The notes below the pieces were generated by a model. The model saw only the letters and a list, made by a program, of their open reading frames with translations. It was not told the DNA's origin and ran no database searches. A stretch of 32,000 bases of DNA from Halotia branconii CENA392 (GTDB taxonomy: Bacteria > Cyanobacteriota > Cyanobacteriia > Cyanobacteriales > Nostocaceae). Position 1 is the first letter of the stretch. Every line of letters begins with the position of its first letter. The translations under genes and the position numbers were made by a program. Shown one piece after another: positions 19,901-26,599 of the stretch. Location: NCBI RefSeq assembly GCF_029953635.1, contig NZ_CP124543.1, forward strand, positions 5,828,367 to 5,860,366, given 5' to 3'.

Positions 19901-22900
19901 TGACAGCGTAAACTGCTGGCGAACTCCTGTGAATGTCTGCACAGCAGGTCTTGGTCGGTCAATTGGTAAAGATAATACAGTTGGTGCGTCTTTTAGTTGC
20001 TGTTCCCAATAGGAAAGTTGATTTTGCAGTACATCCCCTTGTAACCAATGTCTTTGCCAAATGGCGAAATCTGCATACTGAATTGGCAATGGTGTTAAAG
20101 GTGACGGCTGACCTTGAGAATAAGCGTTGTATAGTGCTGCTAGTTCTTGGATAAATACACCCATTGACCAACCATCAGAGACAACATGGTGCATAAATAC
20201 TAACAAGATGTGTTCTGTATCATTCAGCACAACTAATGTTGCTCGAATTAACGCCTCAGTTGCTAAATCAAAAGGTTGAATTAGTTGTTTTTGCGCTAAC
20301 TGCTGTGTGGCGATTTCTTGTTCAGTCGCTGGTAAATCCTGGAAATCAACAATAGATAATATTCCCTGCGATGCACTGAGCTTGTCGAAGTGTTCCCTAA
20401 TTACTTGTGTTGGTTGTCCATCGACAGTGATGAAGTTAGTACGTAATGCTTCGTGGCGATGAATAATTTCAGTTAAGCTTTGCTCTAAGGCTGCTTGATT
20501 TAGACTTCCTACTAAACGCAAAGCTGTAGGGATATTGTAAAACGCACTATTCGGTTCTAATTGGTCTAAAAACCACAACCTTTGTTGAGCAAATGAAAGT
20601 GGTAAATCTGCATTCTTCACTCTTGGTAAAATTGGGGGTACAGATATTTCTAAATCTTGTTGCTGTAATTGCTCAATCGTTCGTGCTAATTCGGCTAGGG
20701 TTGTAGTAGCAAATAACTCACGCAATGGTAGTTCTAATTTGAAGCTGGTACGAATGCGTGAAAGCAATTGCGTTGCTAGTAGAGAATGTCCTCCTAATTC
20801 AAAGAAGTTATCATCAATGCTGACTTGTTCTACTTTCAGCACTTGCGACCAAATTTGTGCTAACAGTTCTTCAATTGAGTTGCGTGGAGCGATATATTTT
20901 TTTGTGCTGGTGCTGTATGATTCCGGTGCGGGTAAGGCTTTGCGGTCTATCTTACCGTTAGAGGTTAGAGGTAAAGATTCTAGCTTTACAAAAGCGTTGG
21001 GAATCATGTACTCTGGTAGCTTTGCTTTGAGGTATTGGCGCAGTTCTATAGGGGTGGGAGATTTTTCTTTAGTTACTACGTAAGCAACAAGACGTTTACT
21101 TCGACTTCTCTGCGAGACGCTACGCGAACGCTCAGTACAAGTATCCCCTGGTTCATCTTCGCGCACCAATACCACAGTTTCCCAAATATCAGGATGAGAT
21201 GCTAATAACGCCTCAATTTCTCCCAATTCGATGCGGAAACCACGAATTTTAACTTGATGGTCTATGCGTCCTAAATACTCTAACTCGCCATTAGGTAAAT
21301 AACGCGCTAAGTCTCCAGTTTTATATAGTTTTGAGTTGTGGTTAAAGGGATTAAAAATAAATTTTTGTGCTGTCAGATCAAAACGATTTAAATAACCTGT
21401 TGTCACCCCAGCACCACCGACATACATTTCACCGGGAACGCCTAGAGGGACTGGTTGAAGATATTCATCCAGCACATACACCTGTAAATCGGGTATGGGA
21501 CGACCGATAACGCTGGCTGTACTATGTAAATCGGCTTTACTCAAGGGACGATAGGTAACGTGTACGGTGGTTTCTGTAATTCCGTACATATTCACTAATT
21601 GCGGTTTGCTGTCTCCATGTCGCTCAAACCAAGGTTGTAAACTCTGGATTTCTAAGGCTTCTCCGCCAAATATTACTAGGCGTAAGTTTAATTCGCCTGT
21701 TGTTATTCCTGAGTTTTCGGCTTGAATTAGTTGGCGGAATGCTGAGGGTGTCTGATTGAGAACGGTGACTTTTTCTTGACACAATAACTCATAGAAAGAT
21801 TCTGGAGAACGAGTAATTAAATATGGCACAATTACTAATCTTCCACCGTATAACAAAGCACCCCAAATTTCCCACACAGAGAAATCAAAGGCGTAGGAAT
21901 GGAACATTGTCCACACATCGTCTTGATTGAAGTGATACCAAGCATCTGTAGCAGCAAATAACCGCACGACATTGTAGTGGTTGACTAATGTACCTTTGGG
22001 GTTTCCTGTTGAACCTGATGTGTAGATGATGTAGGCTAAATTTTGCCTTGTGGAGTTACTAACAGGATTTTCCTGACTTGCTCTAGAAATAATCTCCCAA
22101 TCTTTATCTAAGCAGACAACACGGGCATGATGCTCTGGTAAATCAGCTAGCAATTTCTCTTGAGTCAAAAGCACTGAAACTTTTGAATCATCAAGCATAT
22201 ATAATAAGCGATCGCTAGGATAATCTGGGTCAAGTGGCACATAAGCTCCACCTGCTTTAAGTATGCCTAGTAGTCCGACTATCATTTCTAATGAGCGTTC
22301 TACACACAAACCCACTAAAGTATCTGCACTTACACCCAATGTTTTGAGGTGATGTGCTAATTGATTAGCGCGAGTATTTAATTGATGGTATGTCAGTTTT
22401 TGCTGTTCATATACAACTGCTACAGCATCGGGTGTACGTTGAACTTGCTCTTCAAACAATTGATGAATGCATTTATCCGAGGGATAATTCGCTTGAGTAT
22501 CATTCCATTGAGTTAATAACTGTTGTTGTTCAGGCTGTGTTAGCAATGGTAATTGCCAAATCCTCTCTTCTGGATTGCTGACAATTCCTGCTAGCAAAGT
22601 TTGAAAATGTCCAGCCATCCGAGTAATTGTAGCTGGCTCAAATAGGTCAGAATTATACTCTAAACTTGCAGTTAGTCCTTGCTCAGTCTCGGTCATCAGC
22701 AAGGTTAAATCAAACTTAGCTGTCGGATTTTCTATTTCTAGCTGAGTCAGAGATAAACCAGGTAATTCCAATTTTCCCGGAGGTGTATTCAGCAAGACGA
22801 ACATTACCTGAAACAATGGAGAGTAGTTCAGGTTTCTTTCTGGCTGTAAGGCTTCGACTACTTGCTCAAATGGTACATCTTGATGAGAGTATGCTTCTAT

Positions 22901-23989
22901 TGCTACTTGGCGGACTCTTTGCAGTAACTCCCAAAAAGTAGGATTACCAGAAATGTCAGTACGCAACACCAAAATATTAACGAAAAAGCCAATTAAAGAC
23001 TCAATTTCGCTACGGTTGCGGTTAGCGATGGGGGAACCGACAAGAATATCTTGTTGATTGCTGTAGCGCGATAATAAAATGACAAAGCCAGTTAGCAAAG
23101 TCATGAATAAGGTTGCACCTGACTGTTCGCTAAGGCTTTTGAGTTTTTGAGTCAGCTGTTCATCTAGCTGAAAGTGCAGAATACTACCACGATTTGTCTG
23201 CACAGGTGGACGCACTCGGTCAGTGGGAAGTTCTAGCAGGGGAGGCGCGTCTGCTAATTGTCGCTTCCAGTAGTTCAGTTGATTGTCAGTGACTTGACCT
23301 TGCAACCATTTTCTCTGCCAAACTGCAAAGTCTGCATACTGAATGGGTAGTTTAGGTAATGGAGAAGGTTTACCAGCCGCAAAAGCTGTGTACAAAGTTG
23401 TTAGTTCGCGCCAGAAAAGACCTTCAGACCAACCATCAAAAGCAATATGGTGGATACTCAGAAGTAAGACATATTCATTTTCATCTAGCTGCACTAGGGA
23501 ACAGCGTAACGGCGAATTTTGATCTAAATCAAAGGGTTGTTGAACTTTGTTTTTAACTAGTTGTAAAACTTGAGTTTCCCTTTCTTGTTGAGAAAGTTCC
23601 TGAAGATTAATTACAGGTAACTTCAAGTTAAAGCTGGGTGCAATAACTTGAATCGGCTGATTATCCGCAGCGAAAAACCTAGTCCGCAATACTTCATGGC
23701 GTTGGATAATTTCATTAAAGCTATGCTCTAATGCAGAAATATTGAGCAAACCTTGAAGACGAAAAGCAAAGGAGACATTATAAGTAGAGCTATTTGGCTG
23801 CAATTGCTGAATGAACCATAATCTTTCTTGAGAAAAAGACAATGGTAAATGTTCATTCCGAGATACAGGCTGCAAAATTGGCGCTTGATTTTGTAATTCT
23901 AGAATACTGGCGATCGCTTGCCAAATATCTTTTCCTGTTTTAGCTGACTTATTCAGTTCTAATGGGTTGATTTCCGCAGAGTAGCTCAT
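14000..23989 (-). CDS. Trimodular non-ribosomal peptide synthetase C-A(Thr)-T-C-A(Leu)-T-C-A(Phe-like)-T
   Basis: 3329-aa ORF from the track. Domain limits from my residue count are C1 22556-23857 (HHIAFDGWS), A1 20936-22477 and T1 20675-20893. Next are C2 19295-20614, A2 17726-19216 and T2 17465-17683. Last are C3 16085-17404, A3 14393-16006 and T3 14135-14353. Specificity residues, read by aligning to the GrsA-PheA positions, are A1 DFWNIGMVHK (Thr), A2 DAWFLGNVVK (Leu) and A3 DAWTIAAVCK (Phe or a related aromatic). C1 directly follows the ligase and ACP genes, so it is positioned as an N-acylating starter C domain. There is no E or TE domain. Confidence 0.97.
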   Translation of the reverse strand: MSYSAEINPLELNKSAKTGKDIWQAIASILELQNQAPILQPVSRNEHLPLSFSQERLWFIQQLQPNSSTYNVSFAFRLQGLLNISALEHSFNEIIQRHEVLRTRFFAADNQPIQVIAPSFNLKLPVINLQELSQQERETQVLQLVKNKVQQPFDLDQNSPLRCSLVQLDENEYVLLLSIHHIAFDGWSEGLFWRELTTLYTAFAAGKPSPLPKLPIQYADFAVWQRKWLQGQVTDNQLNYWKRQLADAPPLLELPTDRVRPPVQTNRGSILHFQLDEQLTQKLKSLSEQSGATLFMTLLTGFVILLSRYSNQQDILVGSPIANRNRSEIESLIGFFVNILVLRTDISGNPTFWELLQRVRQVAIEAYSHQDVPFEQVVEALQPERNLNYSPLFQVMFVLLNTPPGKLELPGLSLTQLEIENPTAKFDLTLLMTETEQGLTASLEYNSDLFEPATITRMAGHFQTLLAGIVSNPEERIWQLPLLTQPEQQQLLTQWNDTQANYPSDKCIHQLFEEQVQRTPDAVAVVYEQQKLTYHQLNTRANQLAHHLKTLGVSADTLVGLCVERSLEMIVGLLGILKAGGAYVPLDPDYPSDRLLYMLDDSKVSVLLTQEKLLADLPEHHARVVCLDKDWEIISRASQENPVSNSTRQNLAYIIYTSGSTGNPKGTLVNHYNVVRLFAATDAWYHFNQDDVWTMFHSYAFDFSVWEIWGALLYGGRLVIVPYLITRSPESFYELLCQEKVTVLNQTPSAFRQLIQAENSGITTGELNLRLVIFGGEALEIQSLQPWFERHGDSKPQLVNMYGITETTVHVTYRPLSKADLHSTASVIGRPIPDLQVYVLDEYLQPVPLGVPGEMYVGGAGVTTGYLNRFDLTAQKFIFNPFNHNSKLYKTGDLARYLPNGELEYLGRIDHQVKIRGFRIELGEIEALLASHPDIWETVVLVREDEPGDTCTERSRSVSQRSRSKRLVAYVVTKEKSPTPIELRQYLKAKLPEYMIPNAFVKLESLPLTSNGKIDRKALPAPESYSTSTKKYIAPRNSIEELLAQIWSQVLKVEQVSIDDNFFELGGHSLLATQLLSRIRTSFKLELPLRELFATTTLAELARTIEQLQQQDLEISVPPILPRVKNADLPLSFAQQRLWFLDQLEPNSAFYNIPTALRLVGSLNQAALEQSLTEIIHRHEALRTNFITVDGQPTQVIREHFDKLSASQGILSIVDFQDLPATEQEIATQQLAQKQLIQPFDLATEALIRATLVVLNDTEHILLVFMHHVVSDGWSMGVFIQELAALYNAYSQGQPSPLTPLPIQYADFAIWQRHWLQGDVLQNQLSYWEQQLKDAPTVLSLPIDRPRPAVQTFTGVRQQFTLSVELTEKLVKLSQEQGCTLFMTLLAAYDTLLYRYTGQSDILVGTPIANRDRSEIEGLIGFFVNTLVMRSNLAGNPSFSELLNRVREMAMQAYTHQHLPFEMLVEALQPERNLAHTPLFQVMFVLENVPMSPVELTGLSFHPLVVETTIAKFDLTLLMENTTQGLVGWWEYNTDLFDASTIDRMTGHFVTLLEGIVANPETQISQLPLLTEVEQQQLLVEWNNTQAHYPLDKCVHQLFEEQVERTPDAVAVVFGNQKLTYQQLNIRANQLAHYLRSLGVKPDTLVGICVERSLEMLVGILGIIKAGGAYVPLDPNYPTERLHFMVADAQLSFLLTQEKLVNQLPDYQTKLICLDTYWQEISPLNQDNPINEVQANNLAYVIYTSGSTGQPKGVLVTHQSLLNLIFWHQCNFEITPLDKATQLAGTAFDAAVWELWPYLTTGASIYVVTSETLLSPIDLQNWLTSNKITISFLPTPFAEKLLSLEWDENVALRTMLVGGDKLHNYPSAFIPFTVVNNYGPTENTVVTTSGLVISNAQDTIASPPIGRPIANTKTYILDSNLQPLPIGVPGELYIGGASLAQGYLNRPELTQERFIPNPFNNSKLYKTGDLARYLPDGNIEYLGRIDNQVKIRGFRIELGEIEAALSQHIDIQACCVICREDNLRETCTELSRSKRLVAYLVVNQDSTPTISELRQYLKAKLPDYMVPSAFILLEYLPLTPNGKIDRKALPALELYSSNLDKYVAPRNPIEELLVQIWSQVLKIDQVGINDNFFELGGHSLLGTQLVSRIRSIFKVELPLRELFATATLAELAQVIDKLQQQKIEICEPPIVPRTEKTHVPLSFAQQRLWFLDQLEPNSALYNIPVALCLQGNLAQVALEKSLQEIINRHEALRTNFITVDGQPTQVIREHFDKLSASQGIESVVELQHLSTAETENAVQEIAQQEAITPFNLADEALIRVTLVVLSQTEHILLVCMHHAVSDGWSMGVFIQELAALYNAYTQNKPSPLAPLPIQYADFAIWQRNWLQGNVLQNQLSYWEQQLKDAPALLALPTDRPRPAVQTFVGAHHEFTLSVALTDKLLKLSQEQGCTLFMMLLAAYDTLLYRYTGQSDILVGTPIANRDRSELEGLIGFFVNTLVMRSNLAGNPSFNELLTRVRETAMEAYTHQNLPFEMLVEALQPERDLGHTPLFQVVFMLQNAPLQELELAGLTVSTLPVETKTAKVDLALSMENTTQGLLGVWEYNTDLFDASTIERMTGHFVTLLEGIVANSEAQISQLPMLTAVEQHQLLVEWNDTQADYPLDKCVHQLFEEQVQRIPNAVAVVFENQQLTYHQLNYRANGLAHYLRSLGVKPDVLVGICVERSLEMVIGLLGILKAGGAYLPLDPDYPQERLRFMLEDAQVSVLLTQQWLLERLPDYQANKVCLDDVWDKIAQNNQDNPTSEVRAFNLANLIYTSGSTGRPKGVMVEHKGLCNLAQAQIQTFGLTSDSRVLQFASFSFDASIWEIIMALGSGGTLYLGTKDSLLPGKPLVKQLRKHDITHVTLPPSALAVMPSDELPTLQTIIVAGEACSPELIKQWSVGRNFFNAYGPTEASVCATIAQCTYEDEKITIGKAIANTQIYILDEYLQPVPVGVPGELHIDGVGLARGYLNRPELTQEKFISNPFQALLNEGIKIKNLISQTHNLCVSAPLRETKTIPISKATFNSPKLYKTGDLARYLPDGTIEYLGRIDHQVKIRGFRIELGEIEAALSQHNDVQICCVIPREETGGNTCTERLALSEVERSRSKRLIAYVGTQKNVTLTTGELRQFLADKLPGYMLPSAFVILESLPLTPNGKVDRHALPKPDLHQELSDYVMPNTEIENIIAGIWQQALAIEKVGIYHNFFELGGHSLLLVRINQHLQEKFGVELSIVDMFNYPTIHSFSQHLINKINQEETTKQNHNRTQAYSELKPLKNQRLQSRQQYRSQRKR
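14555..14602. repeat. Small dispersed repeat, composite 48 nt, in frame in the A3 A8-A9 loop
   Basis: It has the same ends as the 24-nt form with a different 24-nt interior (cctttcgacttcgctcaaggcaagcc). It encodes TCTERLALSEVERSRS before KRLIAY. Confidence 0.8.
14801..14917. repeat. 117-nt in-frame insertion in the A3 A6-A7 loop containing a tandem octamer GCAGAGNC
   Basis: The protein reads NPF-QALLNEGIKIKNLISQTHNLCVSAPLRETKTIPISKATF-NSPKLYKTGD, whereas modules 1 and 2 read NPFN(H)NSKLYKTGD. The core 14839-14860 is GCAGAGGC GCAGAGAC GCAGAG. Confidence 0.7.
17153..17185. repeat. Repeat-like segment in C3 encoding EHFDKLSASQG
   Basis: It matches the sequence at 20363-20395 with one mismatch (gtcAaag) and sits at the homologous codon position. 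Confidence 0.55.
17891..17914. repeat. Small dispersed repeat, 24-nt basic form, in frame in the A2 A8-A9 loop
   Basis: ACTTCGACTTAGCTCAGTACAAGT encodes TCTELSRS immediately before KRLVAY. It has imperfect terminal inverted repeats, ACTTCGACT and AGTACAAGT. Confidence 0.8.
20363..20395. repeat. Repeat-like segment in C2 encoding EHFDKLSASQG
   Basis: The plus strand reads TCCCTGCGATGCACTGAGCTTGTCGAAGTGTTC. Its reverse complement carries the same TTCGAC-NN-GCTCAG core as the 24-nt A-domain element, but in the opposite orientation relative to the coding strand. The starter C domain and C4 lack it. Confidence 0.55.
21098..21142. repeat. Small dispersed repeat, composite 45 nt, in frame in the A1 A8-A9 loop
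   Basis: The plus strand reads ACTTCGACTT-ctctgcgagacgctacgcgaacG-CTCAGTACAAGT and encodes TCTERSRSVSQRSRS between REDEPGD and KRLVAYVV. The ends are the same as in the 24-nt copies at 17891 and 6310. Confidence 0.8.
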
Positions 23990-24050
23990 TGTAGTCTTCT
24001 GGCTTCAGGTCTTCAGGAATATGCAACAAAACAGCCGATACTCAAAACTA

Positions 24051-24302
24051 TCAGCCTTGCTTGGCATTTATTAACTGCACAATCATTTCTATACTTTGGA
24101 AATTTTCTGCATTAATATCATTAACTGCAAATCTAATACCAAAATTACTCTGTAATTTTAAAACTAGTGTCATAGCATTAACAGAATCTAGACCCAGGCT
24201 AAAGAGATTACTAGATTCTGTTAAATCTTCTCTATTAATATTTGGCAATATATTTAAAACTATATTTTTAGTTTTTTCTGTAATTAAATCAATAGTTTTC
24301 AT
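24051..24302 (-). CDS. Stand-alone acyl carrier protein
   Basis: 83-aa ORF with the phosphopantetheine-site motif LGLDSVNAM (Ser40, nt 24183-24185). Its ATG overlaps the ligase stop codon in an ATGA arrangement (24299-24302). It lies 61 nt upstream of the NRPS start. Confidence 0.85.
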   Translation of the reverse strand: MKTIDLITEKTKNIVLNILPNINREDLTESSNLFSLGLDSVNAMTLVLKLQSNFGIRFAVNDINAENFQSIEMIVQLINAKQG

Positions 24303-25837
24303 GATGTTATTTTATCAGATAAATTATCAATTAAGTTCTTTCTTAAAACCTTACCAAGTGGACTTTTAGGTATTTCATTGCGAAATTCGATAACTTTCGG
24401 TACTTTAAAATCAGCTAACTTGTCTTTGCAGTAAGATACAATCTCTTTCTCATCACAAATATCTTGGTTTTGAGTAACAATAACTGCTTTGATAATTTCT
24501 CCTGCATAAGAGCCTTTGATCCCAACCACTACAGCTTCCTTAACCTGATTGTGGGTTATCAATATTTTTTCGATTTCTAGCGGATCGACTTTATGTCCGC
24601 CTGTATCAATAAAGATTTGTTTTCTACCAGTAATATAAACCCGTCCCAATTCATCTTTTATGCCTAAATCACCAGTGAAAAATCTACCATTTTGAAATAC
24701 CTGTTGATTGAGTTTTGGTTGATTACAATATCCTTTTGTTAATGCTGGACTTTTGATAACTATCTCGCCAGTAGTACCAATTGGTAATTCTTTCCCCGCA
24801 TCATCAATAATTTTAATCTCAATGTTTTTTAAAGGTTCGCCTACAGAATTATAAGTGCTGGTTAAATCAGCATCGAGATTAATAGCAATAGAACCTGCTT
24901 CTGTACAGCCATAAAGTTGTCGCACCGGAATATCAAATCTTTGCAGGAATTTATCAAAAATCTCTTTTGCTAAAAAGTTACCCGCAGAAAAGCATAATTT
25001 CAGGGATGAGATATCAACTTGCGTATCATTTGGTGTTTCTGCGAGAGTGTTAAAAATATAGGGAACAGCAGGTAAAATAGTAATTTGCTCTTTTTCTATT
25101 AGTTCTAATACTCGTGCGCGTCTAAATACAAACGGTACTTCAATGGCTTTGCCTTGATTAGTAACTTGCTCTAAAACTGCCAAAGTCGCACCATTACTTA
25201 AAGCAGCTAATAAGCAATTACCTAATCCATGTGCGTGATACAGTGGCACTAAACATAAAATGTTATCTGCGGATGAGATATTAGTGGTTTGAGTAAAGTT
25301 GATGACTTCGTGATATAAATTATTTTGGCTTCTACATACTCTTTTTGGTCTACCCGTAGAACCAGAAGAATATTGATAAAGCACATCACCGCTAAAATTA
25401 GAGGCGCTTTCTGGAATTATTGAGTTATTTACTGGATAACTCAGTTTCATGTCATCAATAACAATTAATTCTATTTTTTTATCTAATTTAGAGATAATTT
25501 TACGACTAATATCTGCGCCATCACTATTGGTGATTATGGCACGAGCTTTGCTATCAATGATGTAGTAACTGAGTTCTTCTTCTTTGAGCAAAGGGTTGAT
25601 TGGCAAAGCTATAGCATTTATTTTCGCAATGGCATAAAAGGCGATCGCAAACTCTGGAATGTTGGGTAAAACTAAGGCTATACAATCACCTTGGGTAATA
25701 CCAGTCTTGCTTAAGTAGTGACTTAAATGTTGAATTTTAGCATACAGTTCTTGATAGCTAATCTTGACGTTATCGTAAGCGATCGCTGTTTTATTAGGGT
25801 AGCTTTTAACAACTTCTAAAAGTCTTTTTTTTAACAT
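24299..25837 (-). CDS. AMP-dependent acyl ligase (fatty acyl-AMP/acyl-ACP ligase type), probable starter-unit loader
   Basis: Adenylate-forming motifs are present: YSSGSTGRPKRV, YHAHGLGN, LYGCTEAG, FFTGDLG, GRKQIFIDTGGHKV and PKSPLGKVLRK. The track ORF starts at GTG 25867. I prefer ATG 25837 (MLKKRLLEVV...) because GAGG lies 5 nt upstream of it. Function is inferred from the ligase-ACP-C-domain gene order. Confidence 0.9.
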   Translation of the reverse strand: MLKKRLLEVVKSYPNKTAIAYDNVKISYQELYAKIQHLSHYLSKTGITQGDCIALVLPNIPEFAIAFYAIAKINAIALPINPLLKEEELSYYIIDSKARAIITNSDGADISRKIISKLDKKIELIVIDDMKLSYPVNNSIIPESASNFSGDVLYQYSSGSTGRPKRVCRSQNNLYHEVINFTQTTNISSADNILCLVPLYHAHGLGNCLLAALSNGATLAVLEQVTNQGKAIEVPFVFRRARVLELIEKEQITILPAVPYIFNTLAETPNDTQVDISSLKLCFSAGNFLAKEIFDKFLQRFDIPVRQLYGCTEAGSIAINLDADLTSTYNSVGEPLKNIEIKIIDDAGKELPIGTTGEIVIKSPALTKGYCNQPKLNQQVFQNGRFFTGDLGIKDELGRVYITGRKQIFIDTGGHKVDPLEIEKILITHNQVKEAVVVGIKGSYAGEIIKAVIVTQNQDICDEKEIVSYCKDKLADFKVPKVIEFRNEIPKSPLGKVLRKNLIDNLSDKITS

Positions 25838-25874
25838 CACTGCCTCAATATTTAAAAATGATCGCACTCAAAAT

Positions 25875-25896
25875 AATTCATGAATCATCATGAATT
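25875..25896. promoter_or_regulatory. Perfect 9-bp inverted repeat AATTCATGA-N4-TCATGAATT upstream of the ligase start
   Basis: The arms are 25875-25883 and 25888-25896, 38-59 nt upstream of ATG 25837. It could be an operator or a 5' UTR hairpin. Confidence 0.35.
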
Positions 25897-26049
25897 ATGA
25901 GATTTATACACGAGAGTTTTATAATATAAATTAAATTATTTTGGTTTTAATTTTTGTTGACTTATGGATTATCTCAGCTTTATCTATAGAACGCAATACT
26001 AGTAACAATGTAATATTTGGAATTGAAAATAGTTAGTTATGAAATTTAA

Positions 26050-26109
26050 GACACTTAAGGCAATGAAGTAGACACTTAAGATAATTAAGGAGACAGTTAA
26101 GACAGTTAA
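26050..26109 (-). promoter_or_regulatory. Array of four GACA(C/G)TTAA(G) motifs (TTAACTGTC on the minus strand) in the divergent intergenic region
   Basis: GACACTTAAG occurs at 26050-26059 and 26071-26080. GACAGTTAA occurs at 26092-26100 and 26101-26109. The array lies 213-272 nt upstream of the ligase ATG, and read in the direction of that operon the motif is TTAACTGTC. Confidence 0.5.
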
Positions 26110-26599
26110 CTAGATAATTAAAATATTTATATAACTTTTTTAAAACATTAGATGAAAATTAATTATTAACTCTAATTACCTTGCATATAGAAATATAATT
26201 AGACTTACAATAAGCTTTTATTACGCTCTAATCTCTCAGATAGTTTTAGCAGTTAAAACTGAGGTACTTCCACCCACAGATCAACTAAATAATTGTCTAA
26301 CTCAAAAATTTTCATTGCCTTTTCAGCAAATACCTGACAAAAATTTCATCGTATAGCGCCAGAGCTATGTTTTGATTTGAGAGTAGCTATTATAGTTAAT
26401 TTATTCGTTCTAGTTATGTAATAACCCCAAGAAAGTTTGTAAAAATTGTAATTAAAAATACATTAGTTAGCTACTTTCTTCCGTAAGGTTAGTCTCGCAG
26501 CTAGTTCTCTGTCTCGCATAAATTTAACCTTGCTTTGACGAACAAATTTATTACTTTACATTCCCGTGCTTTAACTGAATAATTGGAGATAAAAATTTC

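Noticed and set aside
9839-23556. Short ORFs from the track inside the PKS and NRPS-1 on either strand (for example 10010-10264, 12660-12872, 15186-15479, 17529-17801, 19933-20154, 20739-21083, 22390-22581, 23359-23556)
   Set aside because: They are embedded in long ORFs with strong domain signatures and have no motifs of their own. Duplicated copies track the module repeats.
24061-24369. 102-aa plus-strand ORF opposite the ACP gene
   Set aside because: It is antisense to a carrier protein that has a clear LGLDS site and ATGA coupling to the ligase. The sequence is AT-rich and has no recognisable features.
25838-25867. GTG at 25867 as the ligase start, as in the ORF track
   Set aside because: It is possible, but the ATG at 25837 has a GAGG 5 nt upstream. 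It also gives an N-terminus (MLKKRLLEVV..) of typical length before the first conserved motif. The extra 10 codons overlap the region next to the 9-bp dyad.
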